A stretch of DNA of 64,000 bases from an uncultured Gammaproteobacteria bacterium. GTDB lineage: Bacteria > Patescibacteriota > Patescibacteriia > Magasanikbacterales > UBA922. The notes under the pieces are model-generated. The model did not search any database. It had not been told where the DNA came from and saw only the letters and a program-made list of their open reading frames with translations. The stretch is taken from NCBI GenBank assembly GCA_964592785.1, contig CAZQHU010000001.1, positions 45,687 to 109,686 on the forward strand, read 5' to 3'. Position numbers and translations under genes: made by a program. The number at the start of each line of letters is the position of its first letter. Positions within the stretch are counted from its first letter, which is position 1. Of the stretch, positions 9,582-20,316 are shown one piece after another.

Positions 9582-9603
9582 GTATAAAATATTTGTGTAT
9601 TTT

Positions 9604-9882
9604 TTACTTTTTCAAAGCATCTTTTAATCCTTTACCAGCTTTGAATTTTGGCACACGCACTGGAGGAATTTGAATTTTTTCGCTGGGGTTTTGAGGATTG
9701 ACACCAACTCGGCCAGCACGAGTCTTGGCGGAAAAAGCACCAAAGCCAGCGATAGTTACTTCACCATTATTTTTAATGGTTTCGGTGATGATGTCTGTCA
9801 ACGCCTCCACCATGGCTTCTCCTTCTTTTTTGGAAAGGCCAACTTTTTCAGCAATTTTTTGTGCGAGTTCTGCTTTGTTCAT
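9604..9882 (-). CDS. hup: HU-family nucleoid-associated DNA-binding protein
   Basis: 92 aa; MNKAELAQKIAEK...GFGAFSAKTRAGRVGVNPQNPSEKIQIPPVRVPKFKAGKGLKDALK. Confidence 0.85.
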   Translation of the reverse strand: MNKAELAQKIAEKVGLSKKEGEAMVEALTDIITETIKNNGEVTIAGFGAFSAKTRAGRVGVNPQNPSEKIQIPPVRVPKFKAGKGLKDALKK

Positions 9883-10048
9883 AAAGAATGAATTAAGAAT
9901 AAAGTATTATGACTAAGTTAATTATTTAGCTTAATCTACACTAATATTGTATATTTTTAATTTTTTGATGTCAATAGAGCGAAATTTTTTATCTGTGGAC
10001 AAAAATAGTTCATAAAGTTTGTAAAGTTATAAAGTCTATAAATTAAAA

Positions 10049-10082
10049 AACCGCCCCGTATATTGTGGGGCGGTTTTTTTAT
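10049..10082. terminator. Bidirectional intrinsic terminator (downstream of rny)
   Basis: AAAAAACCGCCCCGTATATTGTGGGGCGGTTTTTTT. Confidence 0.7.
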
Positions 10083-10096
10083 GGTTTTAGTTTGTT

Positions 10097-11641
10097 TTAT
10101 CTGGCGTATTCGACAACACGAGTCTCACGAATTACATTTACGCGTATTTCTCCAGGATATTGTAATTCATTTTCAATTTTTCTGGCAATATCTTTGGCTA
10201 GATTGTAAGCTTGATAATCATCAACATCATCAGATTTTACAAATACTCGCACTTCACGTCCAGCTTGGATAGCATAAACTTTATCAATGCCAGGGAAGTC
10301 AGAAGCAGTTTTTTCCAGTTCTTCCAAACGGGCTACATATTGTTCGTAAGTATCACGTCGAGCGCCAACTCTGGAGCCAGAAATAGCATCCGCTGCTTTA
10401 GCGATTTGAGTGTAGACATTTTCTGGTTTGTCATCATGGTGATGGGCAGCAGCATCGCAAGTATCTTCATCCAGAGCAAATTTTTTCAAAATAGTCAGAC
10501 CAATTTCTGGGTGTGTTCCTTGGGTTTCTTGGTCTACAGCTTTGCCAATATCATGGAAGAATCCAGCTTTTTTGGCTTTGGCACCATCAAAGCCAAGCTC
10601 TTCGGCAATCATAGCCGAAAGTTGAGCCACTTCAATAGAGTGATTCAAAACATTCTGACCATAAGAAGTCCGGTATTTGAGACGGCCCACAATGGAAACT
10701 AATTTTGGATCGAGACCGGTAATACCAAGTTTATAAAGGGCCTCTTCACCAGCTTTTTTAATGTCAATTGCCAACTCTTTTTTGGCTTCTTCAATAAATT
10801 CTTCAATTCTCGCTGGTTGGATGCGACCATCTTTGATCAATTTTTCCAGAGCCAATTGACAAACGCGACGACGGATAGGGGAGAACCCTGAGATAAGGAT
10901 CATGTCAGGAGTTTCATCAATAATAAGTTCACAACCAGTTAGTTTTTCAATAGTTTTGATATTTCTACCATCTTTACCAATGATTCTGCCTTTCATTTCA
11001 TCACTGGGTAGTGGCACAGCTGTAGAAGTAGTTTCTGAAGAATGATCGGAAGCACAACGTTGAATAGCATCCATAACTATTTCCCGAGCTTTGTTTTCAT
11101 AAGTTTCAGAATTTTCTCTTTCTAGTTTAATGATTCTACTCATTAAATCATCTTTGACTTGTTTTTCTATGCGAGTTAATAATTCTTCGTGAGCCTCATC
11201 ACGACTTAATCCAGATAATCTTTGGAGTTCCTGTAGTCCTTTTTCATAGGCCTCATCAACTCGAGTTTTGATTGATTGTATTTCCTCAACCTTTTTTTGT
11301 AATTTTTCTTTACGTTCCTCAAATTCCAAAAGCTGTTTGTCAAACATGCTTTCGCGTTGTTCTAGACGTTTTTGAATTTGTGACAATTCTTGGCGTCTTT
11401 GATTTTCTTCCAATTTGGCTTCATCAATAGCTTTCAGAGCCTTTTCTTTGGCTTTGAGCAAAAGCTCTTGTTCTTTGTTTTTGGCTTCAATGATAATTTT
11501 TTCGGCTTTGGTTTCAGCAGAATTGGCTTGTGCTTGAGCGATTTGTTTTCTCAAGATATAACCCAAAGCCAAACCCACTGCGATACCAATACCAGAGAAG
11601 GCAATTATCACAAATATTTGTGTAGACATAAAAATTCTCAA
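10097..11641 (-). CDS. rny: Ribonuclease Y
   Basis: N-terminal TM, coiled coil, KH domain (GRIIGKDGRNIKTIE), HD domain (HSIEVAQLSAMIAEELG...FHDIGK). Confidence 0.9.
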   Translation of the reverse strand: MRIFMSTQIFVIIAFSGIGIAVGLALGYILRKQIAQAQANSAETKAEKIIIEAKNKEQELLLKAKEKALKAIDEAKLEENQRRQELSQIQKRLEQRESMFDKQLLEFEERKEKLQKKVEEIQSIKTRVDEAYEKGLQELQRLSGLSRDEAHEELLTRIEKQVKDDLMSRIIKLERENSETYENKAREIVMDAIQRCASDHSSETTSTAVPLPSDEMKGRIIGKDGRNIKTIEKLTGCELIIDETPDMILISGFSPIRRRVCQLALEKLIKDGRIQPARIEEFIEEAKKELAIDIKKAGEEALYKLGITGLDPKLVSIVGRLKYRTSYGQNVLNHSIEVAQLSAMIAEELGFDGAKAKKAGFFHDIGKAVDQETQGTHPEIGLTILKKFALDEDTCDAAAHHHDDKPENVYTQIAKAADAISGSRVGARRDTYEQYVARLEELEKTASDFPGIDKVYAIQAGREVRVFVKSDDVDDYQAYNLAKDIARKIENELQYPGEIRVNVIRETRVVEYAR

Positions 11642-12053
11642 ATATACTATTGAGAGTCCGAAAAAATCATTGGCTGATTATGCCAACTCAAAAAGATGGT
11701 CCCTAAACAGGGTTGCGGTTACTTTAGAAGAAGAGTAAATTGCCTTATTTAAGCAAAATTTCTTGACTAACATAATGCATTTCCATTCTTTCCTAACGTT
11801 TTTTTCGGTTTCAATAGCTTTATTATTTAATGCCTTAAGTATAGCTGAAAACAGACTATTTGTCAAGATTTAAGATTTGCGAAGAGAAAAGGTTTATGGC
11901 TGTGGATAAATCCAATGTACATAAAAATTTATGTAAATTGGATCAAGGTGGTGAACGAAACGCAAATGCGACGTACATCACCATAGGTGGGCACATAAGC
12001 CCGCCGGAGTATATGATCTCCGGTTTCCCTCCTTGATCGTCGAACGATCTGGA

Positions 12054-12302
12054 TTACACCAGTGTCCAATTTCTGCCGTTGGTATTAATCTTGATCGTAG
12101 TTCTGGCTTTCTTCGGGTGGCGTTCGTCGGCGTTGACGATGACTACCAGGTTGTGGTCGATGACCACACCGAACCCGTCTCTGATGTCTCTGACGCAAGA
12201 GATCTTCCCTGTTCGTCCACTGTACTTGCCCCTCAGCATCAGGACGCGTGCTCTTCGAGCAACGAGTTCGTCATTGGTTTCTTTCAGTTGCTGTTGTTCC
12301 AT
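12054..12302 (-). CDS. Hypothetical 82-aa protein in a GC-rich island
   Basis: GGAGG ribosome-binding site 7 nt upstream of the ATG; promoter-like TTGACT-17-TATTTT overlapping the truB terminator; local GC far above the surrounding sequence. Confidence 0.4.
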   Translation of the reverse strand: MEQQQLKETNDELVARRARVLMLRGKYSGRTGKISCVRDIRDGFGVVIDHNLVVIVNADERHPKKARTTIKINTNGRNWTLV

Positions 12303-12329
12303 TTTAACCTCCAATTGAATAAACCAAAA

Positions 12330-12362
12330 CCCTGTGGTAAAAATACCACAGGGTTTTGGTTT
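12330..12362 (-). terminator. Intrinsic terminator of truB
   Basis: AAACCCTGTGGTATTTTTACCACAGGGTTT hairpin. Confidence 0.6.
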
Positions 12363-12370
12363 AGTCAATT

Positions 12371-13108
12371 TTACTTAGTGATAGTTTTGGCCTGGTTTAG
12401 ATCATATGATCCAATCGCTGTTCTTTTTAATTCTTCGCAATAAGCGCCACAGCCAAGTTTTTGGCCAATATCATTGGCAAGGGTGCGGATATAAGTTCCT
12501 GTTGAACAATTTACTTCAATTTTTAAGTCAGGATAGCTATATTCCAATAATTTTATATTATAAATCTCTATTTTTTGTTTTTTGCGTTTTATATTTTTTC
12601 CTTTTCTGGCCAGTTTATACAGTTTTTGGCCGTTTATTTTTTTAGCGGAGAACATGGGGGGGAGTTGTTTTTGTTTGCCGATGAACTTTTTTAAAACTTT
12701 TTCAATTACCCCCCTTGAAAAAGAGGGGCGAGGGGGGATATTGGCCAAGAATTTTGACAACATCCCCCTTATTCCCTCTTTTTTAAGTGGGAGAATATTT
12801 CCTGTCTTATCAAAAGTATCACTAACATATCCAAGTTTGATTGTTGCAATATAAGTTTTGGGAAGATTTTTAAATTCATCCAGTTTTCTGGTTGCTTCGC
12901 GGCCAATACCAACAATTAAAAGGCCGGTCGCAAAAGGATCTAGTGTTCCACTGTGACCTACCTTCGCCTTGCAGGCTTCGGTGGGCAAGCCATTTTTTTT
13001 TCTTTCCTGGTAAATTTGTTTTCTAATATAATTAACCACGTCAAAGCTGGTCCAACCTGCCGGCTTATTAATCAATAAAAAATTATGATATAATTCAGTC
13101 ATATGCAA
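12371..13108 (-). CDS. truB: tRNA pseudouridine(55) synthase TruB, with an in-frame GC-hairpin repeat insertion at about 12698-12790
   Basis: LLINKPAGWTSFDVV and GHSGTLDPFATGLL catalytic region; insertion translated as LPLKKEGIRGMLSKFLANIPPRPSF. Confidence 0.85.
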   Translation of the reverse strand: MHMTELYHNFLLINKPAGWTSFDVVNYIRKQIYQERKKNGLPTEACKAKVGHSGTLDPFATGLLIVGIGREATRKLDEFKNLPKTYIATIKLGYVSDTFDKTGNILPLKKEGIRGMLSKFLANIPPRPSFSRGVIEKVLKKFIGKQKQLPPMFSAKKINGQKLYKLARKGKNIKRKKQKIEIYNIKLLEYSYPDLKIEVNCSTGTYIRTLANDIGQKLGCGAYCEELKRTAIGSYDLNQAKTITK

Positions 13109-14065
13109 AACAATAATACTCTTGGTTGGGGAGTGAAGTCAACAGCTGGCGCTGAGATCTGGGATAGTGAGCCAATTTTTAAAAATGAAAAAATAAATTA
13201 TAAAGATTGGCTCAAACTTCTTTTTTATCCTAAGAAATGGTTTTTGTATCGCTGGGTGAAGAGCGGGGTGAACAAGGTGGAAAAAGAAAATAATATTGTT
13301 AGAGTGTTAGACGTAGGATGTGGCACAGGCGCAAGTCTAGTTGATTTTAAAAGAATTTTTGGTAGAAAAGTTGAGGTTTATGGAGTAGAGGTGGTGCGTT
13401 TGCAAGTAGATTTGGCCAAAGAAAAAATAAGCAAATATGGAGTCTGGTCAGAAGTGAAGTGGTATGATGGGCAAGAATTGCCTTTTTCAGAAAATTATTT
13501 TGATGCTATATATACTTCTGATGTTTTGGGCCATGTGGCTGATGTGCGTTCTTGGCTTGGTGAATTGAATAGGGTTTTAAAATCTGGTGGAACTTTAGCG
13601 ATGTTTGCTGAATCAAAGCTCGGCAAGCACGCTTACATTCGCAATTATTTATCTGAGCATGGTTTGAATGTTGATCCTCATGCTGAGTTTCATATCTCAC
13701 TTTATTCCAAAAATATTTTACAAGAATATTTGGAAGCAGCGGGTTTTCAAATTAAAAAAATGTATAGTGCTTTTTGGGCAAGTTTTTTGGTGCATCCAGA
13801 TGAGTTTTATCATGCATTACAACGTCATCCTGAGCGAAGCCCACAAGGCGGAGTCGAAGGATCTCTTAGTTCTCGGGATGTTTCGGCTTTGCTCAACATG
13901 ACAATTAGAATTTTAAAATTTATTAATAAAGTTTTGTATAAAATCAAGAAAAAACTCCATCCCTATTCTACAGCTTTGTGTGAGTTGTATGGTTTGGTGG
14001 AGATGTATTTGGTTGGTAGATTTGTAGAAGCCCAAGGATATGTGATATTGGCTAAGAAGAAATAA
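13103..14065 (+). CDS. Class I SAM-dependent methyltransferase with an in-frame family-1 repeat insertion (13834-13875)
   Basis: VLDVGCGTGASLVD motif I; insertion translated as HPERSPQGGVEGSL. Confidence 0.6.
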   Translation: MQNNNTLGWGVKSTAGAEIWDSEPIFKNEKINYKDWLKLLFYPKKWFLYRWVKSGVNKVEKENNIVRVLDVGCGTGASLVDFKRIFGRKVEVYGVEVVRLQVDLAKEKISKYGVWSEVKWYDGQELPFSENYFDAIYTSDVLGHVADVRSWLGELNRVLKSGGTLAMFAESKLGKHAYIRNYLSEHGLNVDPHAEFHISLYSKNILQEYLEAAGFQIKKMYSAFWASFLVHPDEFYHALQRHPERSPQGGVEGSLSSRDVSALLNMTIRILKFINKVLYKIKKKLHPYSTALCELYGLVEMYLVGRFVEAQGYVILAKKK

Positions 14066-14202
14066 AAACACCCACCATGAAAGTGGGTGTTTTTAATATT
14101 TTCAATCTCCGGTTTGTACTTGTCACAAATATTTATGGCAAGTAGGTGTGCCGGAGAGTGAGGATATGTGATGCCGGCACATGCGTGGGTGAAGTTATCG
14201 GT

Positions 14203-14850
14203 CTAGACGAGGAGGATGAAGCTGTTGTCGTTCGATGGGTAGCCAGAGGAGTGTCTATAGGTTACCTCGTTGTCAGTAACCTTGAAGACATCAGTTGATG
14301 CTGGCATCTCGCGTTCCCTTCGAACAATACAAACTTCTTTGCCTGTGAGTTGTTTTCGATGTTCTCGGACGAACGCGATGACCTCTTGCAAGGTTGCTGA
14401 ACGTCTTCCCAGAACCTTGTAGACCACCTGTTCGATGGTTTCTTCGAATTTGCTCAGATTGCACATTGGCCCAAATCCAGCAAGAGGGAAAAGGAAAACT
14501 GGAAGGGCATAAGTGGTTGTCCTTTCACTGAAATTGAGGAAATGTGAGACAAGATGACCACTTTGCGTTCTTTCCGTGCATTTGAACAAACGATTGAACT
14601 CTTCTTCGTTTACGGCCTGGCCGTTCATGTTGAGTACGAAGCGTTCGCAAGTGACGCCGACCACCGACTTTCCAGCTGATGCGGGCAAGTCTTGGGCCCT
14701 GGTCAACACCAGTTTTCTCCTGATGATCATCAAGAGTCTGGACCAGTTGTCCAGGACCCATTGGATGACCATCTCCGCCTCGGGGTATTTCCCGGACGTG
14801 AGATCATGTAGAACTCCCCATCCATCAGGTCTGTCCTTTTTCGTTCCCAT
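14203..14850 (-). CDS. Hypothetical 215-aa protein, GC-rich island B (start placed at the ATG with an AAGGAG RBS; the six-frame ORF extends to 14952)
   Basis: Composition contrasts with flanks; AAGGAGAAcatcATG; no recognisable motifs. Confidence 0.4.
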   Translation of the reverse strand: MGTKKDRPDGWGVLHDLTSGKYPEAEMVIQWVLDNWSRLLMIIRRKLVLTRAQDLPASAGKSVVGVTCERFVLNMNGQAVNEEEFNRLFKCTERTQSGHLVSHFLNFSERTTTYALPVFLFPLAGFGPMCNLSKFEETIEQVVYKVLGRRSATLQEVIAFVREHRKQLTGKEVCIVRREREMPASTDVFKVTDNEVTYRHSSGYPSNDNSFILLV

Positions 14851-15187
14851 GATGTTCTCCTTTACCCATCTGGTAATGACGGTTTCAGCTACCGAGCTTT
14901 TGCTCTTGACCGAAGCCGATAAGCCAGACGAGCGCATGTGGGCTAGGACCAATTCCTAGCTCTAGATTTTATATACCATATATTGTTTATTTTGTAAAGC
15001 TAGTGCACCTATATCAATCATTGGGAGCAAACAATTTTTGATTAATTATTCATTATAAATTAAAAAATCCGCTTAAAACGGATTTTTTAATTTCAATTAT
15101 TTACAAATAATTTTGTAAACACTTGAGTCACCCCGGTCCTCCAGGTCCGAGTGCTCCTACAGTGTAGGAAAGGTGCAGGACAGTTGG

Positions 15188-15541
15188 TCACAACATGCCC
15201 CAATAGAAGAGTTTGGAGACAAGTGGAATATTGAAAACGGCGCCGATGATGGTTTCGACACTTCCTTCTGAGGGTGTCTTGTAGAAGACAAATGCAGGAA
15301 TGCCACAGATGCTGTGGGCCTTGGCAATTGTTGGGCAATTGTCCGCATTGAATTCCACAATCTTGAGTCGGTGGCCGAATTCTTCGGCTATATGGTTGAG
15401 ACGATCTATGGCAAGCCCACAGGGTTGGCACCAATCTGTCCAGAAGAAAACTAGCACTGGTATGGGCGATTTGGTCACTTCTTGTTCGAAGTTTGTCGTG
15501 GTCCCGTGCGTTACCTGCTCGTGAAATCTTGGCATTGCCAT
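15188..15541 (-). CDS. Thioredoxin (GC-rich, second copy; distinct from native trxA at 24035)
   Basis: WCQPCGLA active site in a thioredoxin-length protein; the overlapping ORF 15093..15617 is an artefact. Confidence 0.75.
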   Translation of the reverse strand: MAMPRFHEQVTHGTTTNFEQEVTKSPIPVLVFFWTDWCQPCGLAIDRLNHIAEEFGHRLKIVEFNADNCPTIAKAHSICGIPAFVFYKTPSEGSVETIIGAVFNIPLVSKLFYWGML

Positions 15542-15659
15542 TAGAGTCTCTCCTGCAGAAGTAATTGTTCAAACATCTTCCAATATGATTTTTATAATAA
15601 ATCTTATTTTTTGTCAATAGTTCATACTTGGCATTTTATTTTAACGTGTTATAATTAAA

Positions 15660-17867
15660 ATGGTTAATTTTAAAAGCCATTTTTTTATGTCAAATAATCC
15701 AATACATTTAGATTTACAAAATAAAAATTTAGAGGATTTACCAGGTATTGATGTAGCCAAATTTAATGAGTTGGCTCGTATTATGCGTGGTTTTATTTTT
15801 GCCACAGTAGAGGCGGCGCGTAGTGGACACCCTGGCGGGCCATCGGCCAAAGTGGAACAGTTTCTTGGCATGGTACTTGGTGGGACAATGGCTTTTGATG
15901 CATTGGATCCCAAAAACCCTGGTCGAGATAGAGTGATTTGGTCGGCGGGACATTGCTCACCTGGCTTGTACGCTGGCTTGGCTTTAATTTATGAAAGTTT
16001 GAGAAAAGCTGGAATAAAATTTGATAAAGAAAAATTGCAAACTTATTTGCCAGAAGATTTGGTTCGCTTTCGCCATCCCGATGGGCCACAGGGTCATATT
16101 GAAAATTATAATCCTTTAACAGATTTTGCCACTGGCCCTTCTGGACATGGTTTGTCTGGTGCTGGTGGTATGGCAGTAGTACACAAATCATGTGGACTGG
16201 ATACGCGAGTTTGGGTGTTTATGGGTGATGCTGAGAGTGAAGAGGGTATGAGTTATGAGGCGCGCAATCTTATCAACACTTTGGGATTGGATAATGTGAT
16301 TGTTAGTCTTGATTATAATCATTATGGGATTGATGGCGATATTGATGAAGTGATTGCTACTCCATATATCAATCATTGGTTGGGGTTGGGTTGGAATGTG
16401 ATTGAAATTGATGGGCACAATATTTTGCAGTGCGTTCATGCTTATCGACAGGCGGCCAAAGGATTTGGAAACAGCAGTCCAACAGTAGTTTTGGCACATG
16501 CTATCAAAGGCAAGGCCTATGGACAAAAAGAAAATACTGCAGATTCACATGGTACGCCAGCCAAATTTGATGAGTATGTACAAATCATGAAAGAATTAGG
16601 ATTTGAGATTCCAGGAGTTGAAAAAGAAGTGTTGAAAGATGTTGAAGTGGTGAGTGAAGCAATTACTTCGGAGTTAGCAGGATATGTGAAAGAAAGACTT
16701 GAAAGTCAAAAGTCAAAAGTCAAAAGTCAAAAAGAATTGACTGGTCAAATGGAGAAAACATTGGCTGGGCGTCAGTTAGTCAATCCAACTAGTATAAAAC
16801 GACCAAAAGAATTACCGACAGAGCTTATTTTTGAACCTGGAACAAAAGTGGCGACTAGAAAAGCCACTCAAGCCTGGTTTGAATGGTTGATGAAACAAAC
16901 AGCATTTTTTTATGCAGGAACAGGGGACTTGAGCAAATCTATTCTTACTGATAAAGCAGAAAAAGTGTTTGGAATAATGTCTCGTGAAAATCCTTTGGGT
17001 AGGGGAATTCGTTTTGGGATAGCTGAGCAAAACATGGCCATGTGGTCTACCGCCCTTACAACCGATCGTTTACCGGGAGGATTTGCACCAGTTTCAGTTT
17101 TTTCTTCTTATGCAGTGTTTACTTCCATGATGACCAATTGTGTACGTTTGACTTTGATCAATAATCATTTAAATCCAGAAAACAAAGGCTTTTTTATTTT
17201 ACTAGCGGCGCATGATGGCCCAGAAACAGGCGAGGACGGACCTACTCATCAGGGGATGTATTGGATGAGTATGTTCACCGCTTATCCAGGAATAAAAGTT
17301 TATAAACCAATGGATGCCAATGAAACAATTGAAATGCTTTTTTACGCTCTAGAACGCGGTGAGCCGATCGCTTTGTCAGTGAGTCGTCCAGATACTATTG
17401 TTTTGGATAGAAGTATTGGAAATTCAAAAGCTAGTGAGGCGGTAAATGGGGCATATGTGTTCTACGAAAGTCAAAAGTCTTTAAAGTCCATAAAGTCAAA
17501 AGTCGTGATTGTGGTTGCTGGTGGAATTACTTTGGCGAATACGATGGAGACAGTGCCGGAGTTGGAAAAACAGGGATTGAGTGTGAAAGTATTAGCAGTA
17601 ACTTCTCCCCAGCTTTTTGAAGAGTTGAGGAAAAATGATCCAAAGAAAGCCGAGGAAATATTTTCTGCTGAAGACAGAAAAAATGTGATAGCCATACACA
17701 ATGGTTGGAAAGGGTTTCTTTATCCGTTTCTTTTGCCAGAAGATTATCTGGAGCGAAATATTGGCATTGATACTTATCTCAAATCCGGCAATATAAAGGA
17801 AGTGTATGAATTGGCTGGGTTGACGACGGAAAATATTAAACAGAAAATTTTAAATATTAAAAAATAA
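15660..17867 (+). CDS. tkt: Transketolase (alternative start at 15687) with two in-frame KS-repeat insertions
   Basis: SGHPGGPSAKVEQFLGMVLGG TPP-binding N-terminus and GDAESEEG motif; insertions at 16703-16733 and 17467-17505. Confidence 0.85.
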   Translation: MVNFKSHFFMSNNPIHLDLQNKNLEDLPGIDVAKFNELARIMRGFIFATVEAARSGHPGGPSAKVEQFLGMVLGGTMAFDALDPKNPGRDRVIWSAGHCSPGLYAGLALIYESLRKAGIKFDKEKLQTYLPEDLVRFRHPDGPQGHIENYNPLTDFATGPSGHGLSGAGGMAVVHKSCGLDTRVWVFMGDAESEEGMSYEARNLINTLGLDNVIVSLDYNHYGIDGDIDEVIATPYINHWLGLGWNVIEIDGHNILQCVHAYRQAAKGFGNSSPTVVLAHAIKGKAYGQKENTADSHGTPAKFDEYVQIMKELGFEIPGVEKEVLKDVEVVSEAITSELAGYVKERLESQKSKVKSQKELTGQMEKTLAGRQLVNPTSIKRPKELPTELIFEPGTKVATRKATQAWFEWLMKQTAFFYAGTGDLSKSILTDKAEKVFGIMSRENPLGRGIRFGIAEQNMAMWSTALTTDRLPGGFAPVSVFSSYAVFTSMMTNCVRLTLINNHLNPENKGFFILLAAHDGPETGEDGPTHQGMYWMSMFTAYPGIKVYKPMDANETIEMLFYALERGEPIALSVSRPDTIVLDRSIGNSKASEAVNGAYVFYESQKSLKSIKSKVVIVVAGGITLANTMETVPELEKQGLSVKVLAVTSPQLFEELRKNDPKKAEEIFSAEDRKNVIAIHNGWKGFLYPFLLPEDYLERNIGIDTYLKSGNIKEVYELAGLTTENIKQKILNIKK

Positions 17868-17933
17868 CTGTCATTCCTGCGAAGGCAGGAATCCAGATTT
17901 TTGATTAGATTCCCACCTTCCCGGGAATGACAA
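17868..17933. repeat. Inverted pair of GTCATTCCTGCGAAGGCAGGAATC-type repeats (family 5) forming a hairpin
   Basis: CTGTCATTCCTGCGAAGGCAGGAATC...GATTCCCACCTTCCCGGGAATGACA; further copies at 33784-33847, 34181-34245 and 44010-44076. Confidence 0.7.
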
Positions 17934-17940
17934 TAAAAAT

Positions 17941-19341
17941 ATGCAAATACCAAAATTTCTCACAGACAAAAATCTCACACCTAACGTCACTATCAATCCT
18001 GCGTTAAATTATCTAGGCACTGAAACAGCTTTTGGTTTTGGCGCAGAAGTAATAAAAGTAGAGAGCTCTAGTAAGTTTTCGCAAGTTTATAAATTTCATG
18101 TTGGCGATACTGGTCCGACTACACCTCAGCCGATCATTGAAACAGCTATTCAAGCACTCAAAAATAAAATGACCAAGTATGGGCATTTTCAGGGTTATCC
18201 AGCGGTTAGACAAAACATTGCCAAATATTGGAGTGAGATTCGGGGTGTGGAAATTAAGCCTGAAAATATTTTATTAGAGCCGGCTGGCAAGTCAGCTATT
18301 GAACTAGCTTTACAAACCCTTATTGCTCCGGGAGATAAAATCATTGTTCAGGATCCTGGATATCCGGTATATGAATCTTTGGCAGAGTTTTATCATCACG
18401 GATCTGTTTTACACTGGCAAGCGTTCAAAGATCAAGAGAAGCAAACTTTGGAGTTTAGAGTTGAAGATTTGGAAAAATTATTGACGGAAAATAAACAAGT
18501 CAAATTATTGGTCATCAATACTCCGCAAAATCCTACTGGCATGATAATTGGACAAGAGAAGTTGGAAGCGGTAGCTGAATTGGTTAGAAAATATAAATTC
18601 TTTGTAATTTTTGATGATATTTATGATCAGATAACTTTTGGTGGACGTCAGCATTTTTCTTTTATTTCTATCCCCGGTATGCTCGATTGGACAGTGAATT
18701 TAAATGGTTATTCCAAAAATTACGCGATGACTGGTTGGCGTTTAGGATTTTGTGTAGCACCAGAGTGGCTTATAGAAATTTTTGGTCGATTGGCGATTAA
18801 TAAATGGAGTAATGTAAATAAGATGGAGCAGATAGTTGCTGGTGCTATTTATGGTGATATAGAATTGGAGGGTTTTAAATATCCAAGTGTGCGTGGACAA
18901 GTACAGGAAATAATTAATAAAGATTTTATTGAATATGAAAAAAAAGGCGGGTTTGTTTCCGAAAGCTTAAATTTGCTTCAGCCGTATGTAGTTTGCAATG
19001 AAGCTGAAGGGGCATTTTATTTATTTCCCAGTTTTCAACGAGTTTTGGATTTAAAATATGTTAAAGAAGATTTAGGTTTAAAAACAGATGTAGATTTGCG
19101 CAATTGGTTTTTACATGAGAAGGGGATAGCTACGTTGTCTGGTAGAGATTTTGGAGCTAGAGGGGCGGGCCATATTCGCTTTTCTTATGCTGAAGACAGA
19201 AATAAGCACATTATTCCGGGCATGAAGCATGTTTTGAAAGTGATTATAGAATTAATTGAAAAGAGTGGGGAAGTGTCGCCTTTGAAAGCAGAAGAAGTGG
19301 ATGAGAAAATACAGAAATTACAAGAGAAATATTTTGTTTAG
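17941..19341 (+). CDS. Class I/II PLP-dependent aminotransferase
   Basis: NTPQNPTG motif; YSKNYAMTGWRLGF (lysine plus arginine region). Confidence 0.7.
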   Translation: MQIPKFLTDKNLTPNVTINPALNYLGTETAFGFGAEVIKVESSSKFSQVYKFHVGDTGPTTPQPIIETAIQALKNKMTKYGHFQGYPAVRQNIAKYWSEIRGVEIKPENILLEPAGKSAIELALQTLIAPGDKIIVQDPGYPVYESLAEFYHHGSVLHWQAFKDQEKQTLEFRVEDLEKLLTENKQVKLLVINTPQNPTGMIIGQEKLEAVAELVRKYKFFVIFDDIYDQITFGGRQHFSFISIPGMLDWTVNLNGYSKNYAMTGWRLGFCVAPEWLIEIFGRLAINKWSNVNKMEQIVAGAIYGDIELEGFKYPSVRGQVQEIINKDFIEYEKKGGFVSESLNLLQPYVVCNEAEGAFYLFPSFQRVLDLKYVKEDLGLKTDVDLRNWFLHEKGIATLSGRDFGARGAGHIRFSYAEDRNKHIIPGMKHVLKVIIELIEKSGEVSPLKAEEVDEKIQKLQEKYFV

Positions 19342-19378
19342 TCTTGCACATTTTTGATTTTTTGTATAATTTATCTAT

Positions 19379-19549
19379 ATGGAAGAAGTATCTAATAATT
19401 ACAATATAGAAAAGGAGAAAATTTGGAAACAATTTTTGCAGAGAATAAGCCAGATAAGGAAGGATTTTTTTGCAAAGCTATCAGTCATACGTTCTCAGAA
19501 TGACCAAAAAAAGATAGAAGATGTAAAAAATAAAATAAATAATATTTAA
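19379..19549 (+). CDS. Possible small protein (56 aa)
   Basis: ATG downstream of a TATAAT box; lysine-rich; not in the ORF track because it is under 60 aa. Confidence 0.2.
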   Translation: MEEVSNNYNIEKEKIWKQFLQRISQIRKDFFAKLSVIRSQNDQKKIEDVKNKINNI

Positions 19550-19559
19550 TTTTAATAAT

Positions 19560-20165
19560 ATGGATGAGGAAATGCTTCCACAACCAGTTGAAATAGGTGA
19601 AAATCAAAGAAGGTTGGAATTATTGGAAACAGTACCATCGGATTTTGGAAATGCAACAGAAGAAGTAGTATCCAGTCTTACTGGGGATGTTAAAAGTGCA
19701 GTGGATCCAAATGATCCTAGACAAGAAGAGCTAGCACAAAAAGCAATAGAAAAGGCAGAAAAGGAAAAAAGATACGCATTTGCTAGAGTAATTTTGCTTG
19801 AGGTTATTGGCAAATATCCAGGTCTTGAAGTGAATAGCATGGCTATTTTGGGTAAAGCCACTAGTTTTAGAGAGGGTGAGGAAAAATCTTCTGTGTTTAT
19901 GGATAATTTTAAAAAAGTGATTGTGGATATGATAAAGTCGGGTCTTAGTCCTTCGCAAATAGAAAGAAAAAAGGATAAAAATCAGCCAAAAAATGAAGTA
20001 AGATTGCCCAGGGCAGGAGTTGTATCAGTAGAGGGGAGAAATGATTTTATTAGAGGAACAAATATGACTGTCACAGAATATGTGGATGAAGCATATAAAA
20101 AAGTTTTATGGGCTTGTGAAGAATATGGGAAAGCTTATAACGCCATGATTGAAGGTACTTCATAA
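19560..20165 (+). CDS. Hypothetical protein
   Basis: 201-aa ORF with host-like composition followed by a strong terminator. Confidence 0.4.
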   Translation: MDEEMLPQPVEIGENQRRLELLETVPSDFGNATEEVVSSLTGDVKSAVDPNDPRQEELAQKAIEKAEKEKRYAFARVILLEVIGKYPGLEVNSMAILGKATSFREGEEKSSVFMDNFKKVIVDMIKSGLSPSQIERKKDKNQPKNEVRLPRAGVVSVEGRNDFIRGTNMTVTEYVDEAYKKVLWACEEYGKAYNAMIEGTS

Positions 20166-20316
20166 AAATATATAAATTTGGACAAAAATAAAAACCCCCG
20201 CCTTTCAGTTAACTTTCGAGGCGGGGTTTATTTTTGAGGTAGCCCCTAGGCGCGTGTTGAGGGCACGGCTTTGGGGCTTGGTTTGGAGGGCATAGAACCT
20301 CCGATTTTCCGACGCC

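Noticed and set aside
10211-10702. ORF 10211..10702 (+, 163 aa) and ORF 11390..11653 (+)
   Set aside because: Antisense to rny, which is a far better supported gene. Low-complexity translation.
11897-12037. 46-aa ORF (MAVDKSNVHKNLCKL...) convergent with the island A gene
   Set aside because: No ribosome-binding site, and it ends inside the terminator hairpin of the opposite gene. Probably non-coding.
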